From an uncultured delta proteobacterium (GTDB lineage Bacteria > Desulfobacterota > Binatia > UBA9968), in assembly GCA_963804165.1 (NCBI GenBank), contig CAWDPO010000002.1, positions 64,001 to 128,000 on the forward strand: 64,000 bases of DNA, written 5' to 3'. The translations under genes were made by a program, and so were the position numbers. This document shows, piece by piece, positions 63,204-64,000 of the stretch (position 1 is the first letter of the stretch; each line of letters starts with the position of its first letter). The notes below the pieces were generated by a model. It searched no databases, had not been told where the DNA came from, and saw only the letters and a program-made list of their open reading frames with translations.

Positions 63204-64000
63204 TCCCTGCGAAATTTCGCCACCAGGTAATCGTTTAATTGCCGGCGCAAAGAATCGATTCTAATCCGCCCGACCACGTCGCCGGCAAAGGCGAAGGTCA
63301 AAAGACTCCGCGCTTCCTTCAGGTCAAGGCCGCGCGAACGGAGATAAAACAAAGCATCGGCGTCCATTTGGCCGATGGTCGAGCCGTGGCTGCATTTGAC
63401 GTCGTCGGCATAAATTTCCAATTGCGGCTTGGTATTCACCACGGCGTTTTCGGACAGCAGCAAATTCTTATTGACCTGCCGCGCGTCTGATTTTTGCGCG
63501 TCTTTGTGCACGACGATCTTGCCGTTAAAGACACCATGCGCCGCGCCGTCCAAAATCCCCTTATAGAATTCGAAACTGCTGGCGTGCGGCTTGAGATGAT
63601 CGATTTCGGTAAAGGTATCGACATGCTGCTTGTCACCGGCCAGGTAAAGACCGTTGAGCACGCATTCTGCGCCCTCGCCATTCAAAGCCACGTGGACGTT
63701 GTTGCGAACCCACGATCCGCTCAGCGTTACCGCGTGGGCCGTCAGACGGGCACCGCGATTTAAGTCGGCCTCCAGCACTCCCATGTGAAAAGCGGCTTGC
63801 CCCTCCCGCTGCAGGCGATAATGCTCGACTGACGCATCCGCCTCTGCGATCAATTCCGTGACCGCGTTGCAAAAATAACTGCCGCCGTTTGCGCCGACGT
63901 AGCTCTCGACAATTTTCGTTTCGCTGCCGGCGCCGAGAAAGATGAGCGTGCGCGGATGCGAAACCAACTGCCCCGCACCGCCGCTCGACGCGTAAATCAA
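63200..64000 (-). CDS. sufD: Fe-S cluster assembly protein SufD (5' end outside window)
   Basis: [39 protein letters not shown]. Confidence 0.94.
   Translation of the reverse strand: MIYASSGGAGQLVSHPRTLIFLGAGSETKIVESYVGANGGSYFCNAVTELIAEADASVEHYRLQREGQAAFHMGVLEADLNRGARLTAHAVTLSGSWVRNNVHVALNGEGAECVLNGLYLAGDKQHVDTFTEIDHLKPHASSFEFYKGILDGAAHGVFNGKIVVHKDAQKSDARQVNKNLLLSENAVVNTKPQLEIYADDVKCSHGSTIGQMDADALFYLRSRGLDLKEARSLLTFAFAGDVVGRIRIDSLRRQLNDYLVAKFRRD

Overview
A GC-rich bacterial chromosome segment from a Gram-negative organism. The gene repertoire and short intergenic repeats resemble Deltaproteobacteria/Candidatus Binatia, which is an inference only. 1-18 kb is a mixed accessory region: two UbiD decarboxylases (one missed by the ORF track), bactofilin, an adenine deaminase homolog, lspA, a decayed SMR/Gdx pseudogene, an amidohydrolase, ltaE, a CADD/PqqC-like diiron protein, a dihydroxyphthalate-decarboxylase-like gene with an Eda aldolase, miaA-mutL and a DUF151-PDZ fusion. 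18-24 kb holds hldE halves around rpmB-relA-gmk-yicC. 24-45 kb is a large LPS core/surface-glycan cluster with glycosyltransferases, four methyltransferases, three Kdo/WaaP-type kinases, lpxK and waaA. 45-59 kb is the lysS-lolE-lolD-bamA-skp-lpxD-fabZ-lpxA-lpxI-gnnA-like-lpxB-msbA operon, heavily frameshifted, most likely by sequencing errors. 59-64 kb has metF and a suf operon ending in a truncated globin. Two main hidden signals: (1) a selenocysteine-encoding peroxiredoxin-like gene (WUPYC, in-frame TGA 6416-6418, with an fdhF-like SECIS) right behind the amidohydrolase; (2) an IS4-family element (29581-30980, 9-bp target duplication) that splits a glycan methyltransferase and supplies a new in-frame start. 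No rRNA, tRNA or CRISPR array was seen.
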